This document shows positions 55,545-64,000 of a stretch of 64,000 nt of DNA, piece after piece. This DNA comes from an uncultured Clostridiaceae bacterium (GTDB taxonomy: Bacteria > Bacillota > Clostridia > TANB77 > CAG-508). The position numbers and the translations under genes were made by a program. The stretch is taken from NCBI GenBank assembly GCA_948356915.1, contig CAOJCG010000012.1, forward strand, positions 232 through 64,231, given 5' to 3'. Below the pieces are notes generated by a model, which did no database searches, was not told the origin of the DNA, and was given only the letters and a program-made list of their open reading frames with translations. How positions within the stretch are numbered: position 1 is the first letter of the stretch; each line of letters opens with the position of its first letter.

Positions 55545-55574
55545 CAAATGTAGGGGTCGCCGAAGGCGGCGACC
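55545..55574. repeat. Perfect palindromic REP GTAGGGGTCGCCG-AA-GGCGGCGACCCCTAC
   Basis: 13-bp perfect stem with GTAG/CTAC ends, between the MMPL gene and the downstream gene. Confidence 0.7.
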
Positions 55575-55614
55575 CCTACACAACCATTAAGCAAAAAAGA
55601 AAGGAATGAAAAAT

Positions 55615-57555
55615 ATGAATAAAAAAATAACAAAACTAACCAGCACACTATTATTAACCACAATGCTAGCATACACAACACCTATTCTAGCATTCACAAA
55701 AGAAGAAACAGTATATTCAAAAATAAATGCAAAAGGAGAAAACTACAAAACAATAGTAAGTACACATTTAGGAAACGAAAATGAAGAACAAATTTTAAAC
55801 GATTTAACAGACTTAATAAATATAGAAAACACAAATGGAGATGAAGACTTTAAACTAGATGGAGAAAATATAATCTGGAATGCAAATGGCTCAGATATTT
55901 ATTACCAAGGAGAAACAAAAAAAGAACTACCAGTACAATGTAATATAAAATATGAACTTAATGGAGAAGAAATAGAAGCAAGCGAAATAATAGGAAAAAG
56001 TGGAAAAGTAAAAATAACAATAGAATATAAAAATAATGATTCACATATAGTTACAATAAATGGAAAGAAACAAACTATGTACACACCATTTACAACAATT
56101 GCTATGACCTATATTGACAATTCACAAAATAAAAATATAGAAGCTAAAAATGCTAAAATTATAAATGATGGAACCAAAACAATTATAGCAGGTATTGCAA
56201 TGCCAGGAATGCAAGAAAGTTTAAATATTTCTAATAAAAAAATAGAAATACCAAGCAAAGTAGAAATAACAATGGAAACTTCAAAATTTGAACAAAATAA
56301 TATAATAACATTTATAACACCTAAAGTATTAGATGAAAGTATATCATTTGATAAATTAAATAACCTATATAAAAAGGTAGATGAAATGCAAACAGCTAGT
56401 AAACAAATAGAAGAAGGAGCAAATGCTTTAAAAGAAGGAACAACAGAGTTTAGCAAAAAAACACAAGAATTTAATAATGGAATGAAACAATTTGAAGAGG
56501 GGACAAATAAAGCAAGTAATAGCTATAAAGAAATTGACAATGGAATAAACCAAGTAACAAAAGGAAGTAAATACTTAAAAACAGGTAGCATAGAATTAAA
56601 CAATGGACTAACAGCTCTTTCTAATGGACTTTCTAGTATGCCAGAAAATATAGAAAAATTATATAATGGAAGTAGTGCAGTTTTAGCAGGTTTAAGTGAT
56701 AATAAAGAAACAAATGGGGTAGGTCTTGTAACAGGGATAAATGCATTAGCAGGTAGCTTAAATGATACAATTTCAAATTTAGAAAAAAGCTTAAATACAA
56801 TGAAAACAAGTTGTGAAGAAGGAGTAACAAAATTAACAAAAAGCAATAGTGTTTTAAATTCAGTAATAGCTACATTAAATGCCGAAACTCAAAGTGTTCA
56901 AATTGAAACATTAAAACAAATAGTAAAACAAAATGAAGAAGCTATAAAAGAATACAATGTTAAAATACAATATATTAATACTCAGCTAAAAGAATTAAAT
57001 AATAAAAAGGTAGAAGGAAAAAAGAATATTTCAAAAATAACAACAGGAATGAAAGAAGTTCAAAATGGAGTAAGTGAATTAACAAATGGACTAAGTAAAT
57101 TAAATGTTGCATCAACTACATTACCAGAGAACTTAAATAAATTAGTACAAGGTTCAAAAAAATTAGCAAATGGAACAGAAGAATTAAATAAAGGAACAAC
57201 AGCATTAAGTGCAGGTTCAAAACAAATGGAGCAAGGTTTAAATACATTAAAAGAATCAAGTAAAATACTTGCAAGTGGTTCAAATGCTTTAACACAAGGA
57301 GCAGAAATAATAAATAATGGAAGTATTGAACTAGCACAAGGAATAACAACATTTAATCAAGAAGCAATAAACAAAATATGTAGTTATATAAATTCAGATA
57401 TAAAAGAAATAGCTATAAGAGCAGAAAAATTACAAGAGCTTTCAGAAGAATATGTAAGCTTTACAAAAGCAAATGAAAATACAGCAAAAGAAGTTAAATT
57501 TATATTGATAACAGATAGTATAAAAATAAAAGAAGAAAAAAGTGAAAACGAATAG
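55615..57555 (+). CDS. Secreted protein with LxxG heptad (YhgE/Pip N-terminal-like) repeats
   Basis: Signal peptide plus many NGL..L..G repeats and coiled coil. No C-terminal TM segment. Confidence 0.5.
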   Translation: MNKKITKLTSTLLLTTMLAYTTPILAFTKEETVYSKINAKGENYKTIVSTHLGNENEEQILNDLTDLINIENTNGDEDFKLDGENIIWNANGSDIYYQGETKKELPVQCNIKYELNGEEIEASEIIGKSGKVKITIEYKNNDSHIVTINGKKQTMYTPFTTIAMTYIDNSQNKNIEAKNAKIINDGTKTIIAGIAMPGMQESLNISNKKIEIPSKVEITMETSKFEQNNIITFITPKVLDESISFDKLNNLYKKVDEMQTASKQIEEGANALKEGTTEFSKKTQEFNNGMKQFEEGTNKASNSYKEIDNGINQVTKGSKYLKTGSIELNNGLTALSNGLSSMPENIEKLYNGSSAVLAGLSDNKETNGVGLVTGINALAGSLNDTISNLEKSLNTMKTSCEEGVTKLTKSNSVLNSVIATLNAETQSVQIETLKQIVKQNEEAIKEYNVKIQYINTQLKELNNKKVEGKKNISKITTGMKEVQNGVSELTNGLSKLNVASTTLPENLNKLVQGSKKLANGTEELNKGTTALSAGSKQMEQGLNTLKESSKILASGSNALTQGAEIINNGSIELAQGITTFNQEAINKICSYINSDIKEIAIRAEKLQELSEEYVSFTKANENTAKEVKFILITDSIKIKEEKSENE

Positions 57556-57630
57556 AAAGAGAAGAAGAACTCATGTGAGCTCTTCTTTTCTTTCCATTCT
57601 AAGAAAGTATATGATTTAAAGTTAAGAGTG

Positions 57631-57690
57631 TAGGGGCTTAATCGGTTAGGAATACCAGTGAGTATTTACCGAATTACGCCCTCTATTGCG
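57631..57690. repeat. REP-like element GTAGGGGCTTAATCGGTTAGGAATACC...CCGAATTACGCCC
   Basis: Direct copy of the left half of 53171-53320. Confidence 0.65.
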
Positions 57691-58049
57691 CCTAATTTCT
57701 CTAATTCTCTAACAAGTTTAGTAGTTTTTATTCCAATAAATGTGTTAGAACCATCTGAAACCATAATAAATGGATGGTTAATTTGATAGATAGTAGAACT
57801 TATTACAAAAGTATTAGTTTTGTTTTTATCAACTTTAATTGAGAAATAACCATTATCTACATCATTGGTATAAATAATATATTTATTAAGGGATAAAAGA
57901 AAAGTAATTATCAAAAAGTTAATACCTATAACTATTAATGGTAGTGTTGCCTCAAAAAAAGCAAAATAAAAGAATATCATAGAACTAATAAATGTAACAA
58001 CACAAGATAATGAATTATTTCTTACTATAATAAGTTTATTCCGTTTCAT
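57666..58049 (-). CDS. Hypothetical membrane protein (2 TM plus PH-like C-terminal region?)
   Basis: 127-aa ORF whose 3' end overlaps the REP. Confidence 0.3.
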   Translation of the reverse strand: MKRNKLIIVRNNSLSCVVTFISSMIFFYFAFFEATLPLIVIGINFLIITFLLSLNKYIIYTNDVDNGYFSIKVDKNKTNTFVISSTIYQINHPFIMVSDGSNTFIGIKTTKLVRELEKLGAIEGVIR

Positions 58050-58251
58050 AAAGTTCCTCCTTTTAATTAAATGGAAACAACATGCAAATTATTATTATGC
58101 AAATATTTTATCATATTTATATAAAAAAGTAAATACATATTACAAAATTATGTTAATATAGAAAAATAAAATAATAACAGATAAAAGCACTTGACATACG
58201 AATAAATATTCGATAAAATTAACAAAAATTTAAAAGGGAGTGTGATAATAA

Positions 58252-58386
58252 TTGAAGAAAGAAAAGCCATATGAAATTTTTACAGATGCTAGTTTTGATA
58301 GTAGAACTAAAATTGCAACTTATGCTATTGTTATCATACAAGAGAAAAAAATAATAAAAGCTTTTGCAAAAAAATGTAAAATATAG
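58252..58386 (+). pseudogene. Truncated RNase H-like (RVT_3-type) gene fragment
   Basis: TTG start after RBS aagggag. Product is only 44 aa (YEIFTDASFDSRTKIATYAIVI) and then a stop. Confidence 0.3.
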
Positions 58387-58434
58387 GCTGTTAATATAAA
58401 TAAAATTATAAAATATTAAAGGAGATACTTGATT

Positions 58435-58977
58435 ATGACAGAGAATAATAAATTAGAAACAATTTCAAATCTTTTTGAAGGAAAAGAAATAAGAAGTGTA
58501 TGGGATGCAGAAAAAGAAGAATACTATTTCAATATTACAGAATTACAGATGTAATAAAAGCATTAACAGATAGTCCAGATCCATCACATTATTGGAGAAC
58601 TTTAAAATATAGAATGATTAAAGAAGGAAATCAAACCGTCACAAATTGTGACACTTTCAAATTTAAATCAAAAGATGGAAAAATGAGAGATGCAGATGTT
58701 TTAGACACAAAAGGAATACTACGTCTTATTGAATCAGTTCCAAGTTCAAAGGCAGAGCCATTCAAACTATGGCTTGCTCAAATGGGAAGTTAAAAAACAT
58801 AAACCATATGGATTAAAAGAAAATAAAAAGGTCGCAAAAGCAGGAGGCGAAGTAGCTAAAACAGCATGTGACAATTTAGAACAGAAATTAGGGGAGACAA
58901 TTATTAGTAGTAATAATAATCTAAATTATCAATATCTAGAAGAAAATAAAAAGTTAGAAAGTAAGAATAGGAGTTAA
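58435..58977 (+). pseudogene. DinD-like (DNA-damage-inducible protein D) gene disrupted in at least two places
   Basis: N-terminus EIRSVWDAEKEEYYFNIT is in frame ≡1. ITDVIKALTDSPDPSHYWRTLKYRMIKEG...KAEPFKLWLAQMG is in frame ≡0, entered by the 8-bp tandem duplication ttacagaa at 58533-58548. A further frame change then leads into the C-terminal piece (ORF 58729..58977). Confidence 0.55.
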
Positions 58978-58978
58978 T

Positions 58979-59795
58979 ATGATATATTTAAAAACATTTA
59001 AATTAAGTAATAGCAAAATAAGAAATAACAATATATATCCTTTCAATATACTAAAAAATAAAGAACCAGACATATTTGTATTTGACAATATAACTGTACT
59101 ATATGGAAATAATGGTTCTGGGAAATCTACAATATTAAATATAATAGCAAATAAATTAAATTTAAAAGGAAAAGAAAAAGATAATCCAGAAGTAATAGGA
59201 AAATTAAATTATTTTGAAGAATTTGCATCAAAATGTGAGTATCAATTAGGTGAGTTTGAAAATGGCAAAAAGATAGCCAGAATACCTGAAAATAGTAGAT
59301 ATATAAAAAGTGAAGAAATACTATATGAAATAAGAAAAATTGAACAAGAGAATGTCTTAAAAGAAGGATATGTAGCGAATTTAGTAAGAAGTTGTATGGA
59401 AGTAGAACAAGCAAAACAGAGTGTAAGTACAGAAAAGCGGACAAGTTCAATTAGAAAGATTTAAATTCGCACAAGATAAATATTCAAATGGAGAAACAAC
59501 CATGCAAATATTAGAAGACAATATAGAACCAGATAACCTATATTTACTAGACGAACCAGAAGTATCACTATCCCCACAAAACCAAGTAAAACTTGCAAAA
59601 AAAATAAATGAAATGGCAAGATACTTAGGAATACAATTTATAATAGCAACGCACTCACCATTTATGTTAGGAATATTAGACGCAAAAATATACAATTTAG
59701 ATACAAAAGAATATGAAGTGCAAAAGTGGAGTGAACTTGAAAATGTAAAATATTTTTATAACTTTTTCAAAGATAGGGAAGAGGAATTTAAATAA
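58979..59795 (+). pseudogene. AAA/ABC-type ATPase (AAA_21-like) split into two frames
   Basis: Walker A GNNGSGKST is in ORF 58979..59464. The signature-like YSNGE, Walker B LLDEPE and H-loop ATHSP are in ORF 59502..59795, which sits in the +1 frame. Confidence 0.6.
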
Positions 59796-59884
59796 AAATA
59801 AGTAAAGTATTTCAGATTAATAATTTTGAAATGCTTTATTTTATTAAATTGATATGTTAAAATAAAATCAAAAAGGGGTAATTT

Positions 59885-60351
59885 ATGGAAAATGAAATGA
59901 AAGAAAATAAGTACTACATTATAAAAGTTAATTTAGAATATACACCTGCTTGAAGAAAATTTATAATACCATCAGGTACTACTTTTAGAAAATTGCAAGA
60001 TATATTATTAATTGCATTTGATTGGGATGGAGATCATTGTAGTGGTTTTGACATGGGACCAAAAAGAAATAGAGAATGGCTAGAAGACGATGAACTAGAT
60101 GATGCTATAGTAGATGAATATTTTGAAAAATACAAAAGCATTAGATTTATTTACGATTATGGAGATAATTGGGAACACACAATAAAAACATATAAACCAA
60201 GATATAAAGAAAAAAATTAACAATTCCAATTTGTACAGAAGCAAAATTTATTGCACCAGAAGAAGATTGTGGATGGAATGTAGAAATACCAGACATTGAA
60301 GAAGTAGATATAGAAGAAATAAATAGCAAGATTGAAATATTATATAAGTAA
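59885..60351 (+). pseudogene. Plasmid pRiA4b ORF-3-like family gene with an in-frame TGA and an A7-run frameshift
   Basis: YYIIKVNLEYTPA-TGA-RKFIIPSGTTFRKLQDILLIAFDWDGDH...YDYGDNWEH, with the TGA at the position of a conserved W in the family (PPIWRR). The C-terminal PICTEAKFIAPEEDCGW is in another frame after gaaaaaaatt. Confidence 0.55.
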
Positions 60352-60365
60352 AAATGGAGAAATAT

Positions 60366-61457
60366 ATGAAGATAAATTTTGAAGAATTATTTGAAGAAAA
60401 AATTTTAAAAAGAGGTTATAGTTATTACCTAGAAGATTCAGTTCATGATGTTACTAAAAATGGTAACTGTTATGAAGGATTAGTATATGGAACAGAAATA
60501 TATGAGGTACAAGTAGAAATTAATGAAAATGGTAATGTAGAAAATATGGATTGTGATTGCCCTTATGCAGAGGAAAATAATTGTAAACATATGGCTGCGC
60601 TTTTATATTATATTGAGAACGACGGAGAAATTGAAAATAAAAAAATAATAAGAAATATAGATAACTTTGATAAAATACTAGATAGAATATCTGAAAATGA
60701 AATCAAAGAATTTGTTTTAGAAAAGTTATATGAAAATTCAGAATTTCAAAACGAATTTAGAAGTAAGTTTGTTCAATATTTTGAAAAAACTCCTAAAAGA
60801 GTATATGAAAGAAGAATATCTCAAAGTGTATATCAAGCAATAGGAAGAAAAGGATTTATTGAATATAATGAAACAGATAGATTTTCAGATCCAATGTATG
60901 ATTATATACAAGAAGCAAGAAATTTAATAAGACATAAGGAATATCAAGCACCATTTTGGATAGCAAGTTTAATATTAGAAGAACTTCCAGACTTGCCTAT
61001 TGATGATTCAGATGGAACGACTACCTATGTAGAAGATGAATGTATAGAAGTTATAGAAGAAATATTGGAGAAATGTAAAAGTGAAAATATTATAAATGAA
61101 ATATTTGATTGGATTATTAAAACAATTAAAAATGATACTTTAGGTGATTATTCTGATGGAATCGAAAAGATATTAGATGAATATTTTACAGAAGATAAAT
61201 TTATAAATGAAAGATTAAAAATAATAGATACAAAGATACAGGAATTAAATAAAGAAAAAGACCGTTATTCAGAATACGAATTAGAAAACCTAATAAAAAC
61301 TAAAATAGCATTATTATATCAATTAGGAAAAGATAAAGAGGCACTAGGAACAATAAAGGATAACATTTATTTTATTCCAATTAGAAGAATGTTAATTGAT
61401 AAAGAAAGAGAAAATGGAAATATTGATCAAGTAGAAAAACTACTAAAGGAAGAATGA
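60366..61457 (+). CDS. SWIM zinc-finger domain protein
   Basis: CxCxnCxH motif MDCDCPYAEENNCKHMAALL. RBS ggag precedes ATG 60366 (the track ORF starts at ATG 60354). Stop overlaps the next start (ATGA). Confidence 0.5.
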   Translation: MKINFEELFEEKILKRGYSYYLEDSVHDVTKNGNCYEGLVYGTEIYEVQVEINENGNVENMDCDCPYAEENNCKHMAALLYYIENDGEIENKKIIRNIDNFDKILDRISENEIKEFVLEKLYENSEFQNEFRSKFVQYFEKTPKRVYERRISQSVYQAIGRKGFIEYNETDRFSDPMYDYIQEARNLIRHKEYQAPFWIASLILEELPDLPIDDSDGTTTYVEDECIEVIEEILEKCKSENIINEIFDWIIKTIKNDTLGDYSDGIEKILDEYFTEDKFINERLKIIDTKIQELNKEKDRYSEYELENLIKTKIALLYQLGKDKEALGTIKDNIYFIPIRRMLIDKERENGNIDQVEKLLKEE

Positions 61458-62032
61458 GTATTGCATTAAAACAAGGATATTGTGGAACAGTTACATATTA
61501 TATAGAAGAATTATTATCTATATATGAAAAACAAAACGATAATGAGAAGTATAAAGATTTAGTACAAGAAACATTATTTAAGTACAGTAGAGCTAGTTTC
61601 AAATATTATAAAAAACTAAAAGAATTATATACAAAAGAACAATGGAATAATAAAAGAGATAGTATTATAAAAAACTTAGAAAGTGACGGAGAAGGCTATC
61701 ACAGAGATGATTTAAGACAAATATATATAGAAGAACAATATTATGATAAATTATTCAAATCTGTTATGACTACACCATTATTTGAAATAATAGTTCGTTA
61801 TGAGAAATACTTAAAGAAAGATTTTGAAAAGCAGTTATTGGAACAATATCGAAAGATAGTAGAAGAAAAGTCTAGATTTACTGGCAAGAAAAATTATGAA
61901 GAGATTAGAAAAATATTACAACATATGAAAACATTAAAAAATGGAGAGAAACTTGTAGAAAAAATGATAGAAGAATATAAAATTAAATATGCCAATAGAA
62001 GATTAATGTTAGAAGAATTAAATAAAGTATGA
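61454..62032 (+). CDS. Hypothetical protein (translationally coupled)
   Basis: ATGA overlap with both flanking ORFs. 192 aa, K/E/Y-rich. Confidence 0.45.
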   Translation: MSIALKQGYCGTVTYYIEELLSIYEKQNDNEKYKDLVQETLFKYSRASFKYYKKLKELYTKEQWNNKRDSIIKNLESDGEGYHRDDLRQIYIEEQYYDKLFKSVMTTPLFEIIVRYEKYLKKDFEKQLLEQYRKIVEEKSRFTGKKNYEEIRKILQHMKTLKNGEKLVEKMIEEYKIKYANRRLMLEELNKV

Positions 62033-62745
62033 AAGTAGGAATTATTATGAAGAATGATAAAATAGAAAAAATAATGAAACTTGATAAAGAGATAGATAAT
62101 ATTGCTATGAAAACAACTTCTTGTTTTGGATTTAGAGAGAAACAGAACTTAAATAATTATGACAAAAAAGTGATTGAATATTATCAAGAGATTTTAAATT
62201 TAATTATAGATATAGCAAAACAAGAAGGTATTAGAGAGGTTGAAATAATTGATAAAAAATATTTTAAAGTGGTAAACACTGCAAGCATGATGATAGAAGA
62301 TTATATGTCAATATTACAATTTTATGGAAATATAGATAGAAATATTACGAAAAAAGAAATTGAAGTTATTAATCAGATGCAAAAAAATTTGAAACTAGAT
62401 AATGAATTTGAAAATAAAAACAAAATAGAATTGGCTGATTGTCATTTTCATATTGGTAATGAAGATAAGGCTAGAAATTTAATACTAGAGTTTATAAAAA
62501 ATAATCCAGATAAAGATGAAGCATATATGTGTATGCAAAATTGGTATATGTATGATAAACCAGATATTGGTAAGTTAGCTGAGGTAATAGACTTAGCAGA
62601 AGAAAATAAACATATATTAATTACAGATTTTGGTTATGATAGGTTAGTGAAATTTTATGATAGTATAGGAGATATTAGAAATAAGCAGAAATATCAAGAA
62701 CTTTACGATAAATGGAAAAGTAAAAGGGATACAATAGAATTTTAG
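62029..62745 (+). CDS. Hypothetical protein, possibly TPR-like helical
   Basis: ATGA overlap with the upstream ORF. 238 aa. Confidence 0.45.
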   Translation: MKVGIIMKNDKIEKIMKLDKEIDNIAMKTTSCFGFREKQNLNNYDKKVIEYYQEILNLIIDIAKQEGIREVEIIDKKYFKVVNTASMMIEDYMSILQFYGNIDRNITKKEIEVINQMQKNLKLDNEFENKNKIELADCHFHIGNEDKARNLILEFIKNNPDKDEAYMCMQNWYMYDKPDIGKLAEVIDLAEENKHILITDFGYDRLVKFYDSIGDIRNKQKYQELYDKWKSKRDTIEF

Positions 62746-63370
62746 AATAGATATATCTATATTTACCACACACGTGGAATGCGTAACAGTGCTACAATTA
62801 AAACAAGACAGCTAATACTTGATTTTGATATGGTTTCAGAGATTATAACTTTTGAAGAAAAAGGCAGATTTGGAAAAGAAAAACATCAAAATTTGGGTGT
62901 CAAAGTTAAAGTAGTTGCTTAAGTGGTAAGTGGAAACACATAGATGAAATTTTAAAAAAGTGAGCAAAGTGTTTGAAATACTGAAAAATTTACGATTGTA
63001 TCTACGATAAGCATAACAGGTATAGGTTGTGTTGGTTTGTAGATATGATGTAAAGCTATAAATTTCAACTGTTAAAAAGAATTTATTAAAATAAGTTATA
63101 GAGAATCTTTAGTAAATAGGTGTCAGTAGATATGTGCTGATGTCTATTTTTTTGTTCTATACATTTGCAAAGCAATTTTAATCTCAAATAAAAGTAATAT
63201 CAAGAGTAAATAAACTCGTTATCACTCGCTCTTGACATTATTTCTATTGGAGATTTTGTGGCATTTAAGCGAATGTAAGGATAAATATGTTTTGCAAATA
63301 TTGGCAAAACACTATGAAAAATTGTAAAGTTGTGATATAAATTAGACATAAAGAAAGAGGAGGATGCATA

Positions 63371-63898
63371 ATGGAAGAATTAATAGATGTGTTAGATGAA
63401 AATGGGAATAAAACAGGAGAAATTTTAACAAGAGAACAAATACATAAAAAGGGATTATGCCATAGAATAGTTGTAATTGCAATTATAGATGAGAAAGGAA
63501 ATATATTAATGCAACAAAGGTCAAAAAACAAATCTAAGAATCCTGGAAAATGGGATGTGGCATCAGCTGGACATGTATCAAGTGGACAGACTTCTACTGA
63601 AGCTGCTATAAGAGAAACATTAGAAGAGGTAGGAATAAAAGTAAATGAAAAGGAACTTGAATATATACTTACATATAAAAACAAAGAAAATGTAGAGGAA
63701 GATTATATAGATAATCAAATTTATGATTGTTATATTGTAAAAAGAGAACAAATAGAATTAACTGATATTAAAATGCAAGAAAGTGAAGTTGAGCAAGTGA
63801 AATTATGCAACTTAAAAGAATTTAGCGAAATTATTAAAAATGGCAATATAATGGAAAGAGATGAATTTTATAAGAAAATTATAAAATATTTAAAGTAA
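63371..63898 (+). CDS. NUDIX hydrolase
   Basis: Nudix box GHVSSGQTSTEAAIRETLEEVG and RBS agaggagg. Confidence 0.75.
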   Translation: MEELIDVLDENGNKTGEILTREQIHKKGLCHRIVVIAIIDEKGNILMQQRSKNKSKNPGKWDVASAGHVSSGQTSTEAAIRETLEEVGIKVNEKELEYILTYKNKENVEEDYIDNQIYDCYIVKREQIELTDIKMQESEVEQVKLCNLKEFSEIIKNGNIMERDEFYKKIIKYLK

Positions 63899-63916
63899 TT
63901 ACAATGAGGAGAGAAT

Positions 63917-64000
63917 ATGAAAATTGGAGTAGATATAGATGATACAATGGCAGATACCTTTGGTGTTAGAATAGATATATGGACACATTTTATGAGAGAG
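63917..64000 (+). CDS. 5' end of a hypothetical ORF that runs off the window
   Basis: MKIGVDIDDTMADTFG... after RBS ggagag, truncated by the window end. Confidence 0.3.
   Translation, partial: MKIGVDIDDTMADTFGVRIDIWTHFMRE

Noticed and set aside
59951-59953. In-frame TGA at a conserved Trp position suggesting genetic code 4 (TGA=Trp)
   Set aside because: Trp is encoded by TGG in fusA, tuf and other genes here. TGA terminates several well-defined genes, for example the coupled ORFs at 61455 and 62030. A TGG-to-TGA nonsense mutation is more likely.
61454-62032. SWIM operon ORFs as frameshifted pieces of one protein
   Set aside because: Both junctions are classic ATGA start/stop overlaps typical of translational coupling, and each ORF begins with ATG. 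They are more likely separate genes.

Overview
This is an AT-rich (~27% GC) Firmicutes/Clostridia-like chromosomal window, and all calls below rest on reading the sequence and the ORF track only. Conserved genes on the + strand include ppaC (CBS-type family II pyrophosphatase), rpmG-secE-nusG-rplK-rplA-rplJ-rplL, plsX-acpP-rnc plus an Elp3/MiaB/NifB-family radical SAM gene, queA-tgt, ogt, rpiA, trmFO, rpsL-rpsG-fusA-tuf, mtaB, a compact alaS-like gene, hit, htrA (- strand), rnhB, a TetR/MMPL/YhgE-Pip cluster and two NUDIX genes. Four things stand out. (1) An intact REP-associated tyrosine transposase (RAYT, HUH/Y1) flanked by inverted REPs is inserted between the ATPase and permease genes of a MacB/FtsX-type ABC transporter. 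Related 'GTAGGG(G)-hairpin-CTTCGAAGAAAT' REP-like elements occur at least 13 times in the 64 kb. (2) A second composite repeat family has purine arms (GAAGTTGG/GGAGG) and pyrimidine arms (CCAACTTCC/CCTCC, like the anti-SD tail of 16S rRNA) around a CTTCGAAG core. It sits in the 5' leaders of rplK, rplJ, rplL, queA, rpsG, fusA (three tandem copies) and rnhB. (3) Many genes are disrupted: HD dNTPase-like, tgt, mtaB, rnhB, a DinD-like gene, an AAA ATPase and a pRiA4b-ORF3-like gene. The ribosomal operons are also in non-canonical context (rplL followed by plsX, not rpoB), and several proteins are shortened, notably a 585-aa AlaRS. Together this fits early genome decay with repeat proliferation in a host-restricted lineage, or else assembly indel errors. 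(4) Smaller candidates include a 150-nt rod-like element (6S RNA or MITE), a nested long-palindrome terminator family, an IR-flanked 137-bp element upstream of the MMPL operon, a SWIM-zinc-finger three-gene operon, and a Cys-rich small protein with a hydrophobic peptide. No rRNA, tRNA or CRISPR arrays were found.
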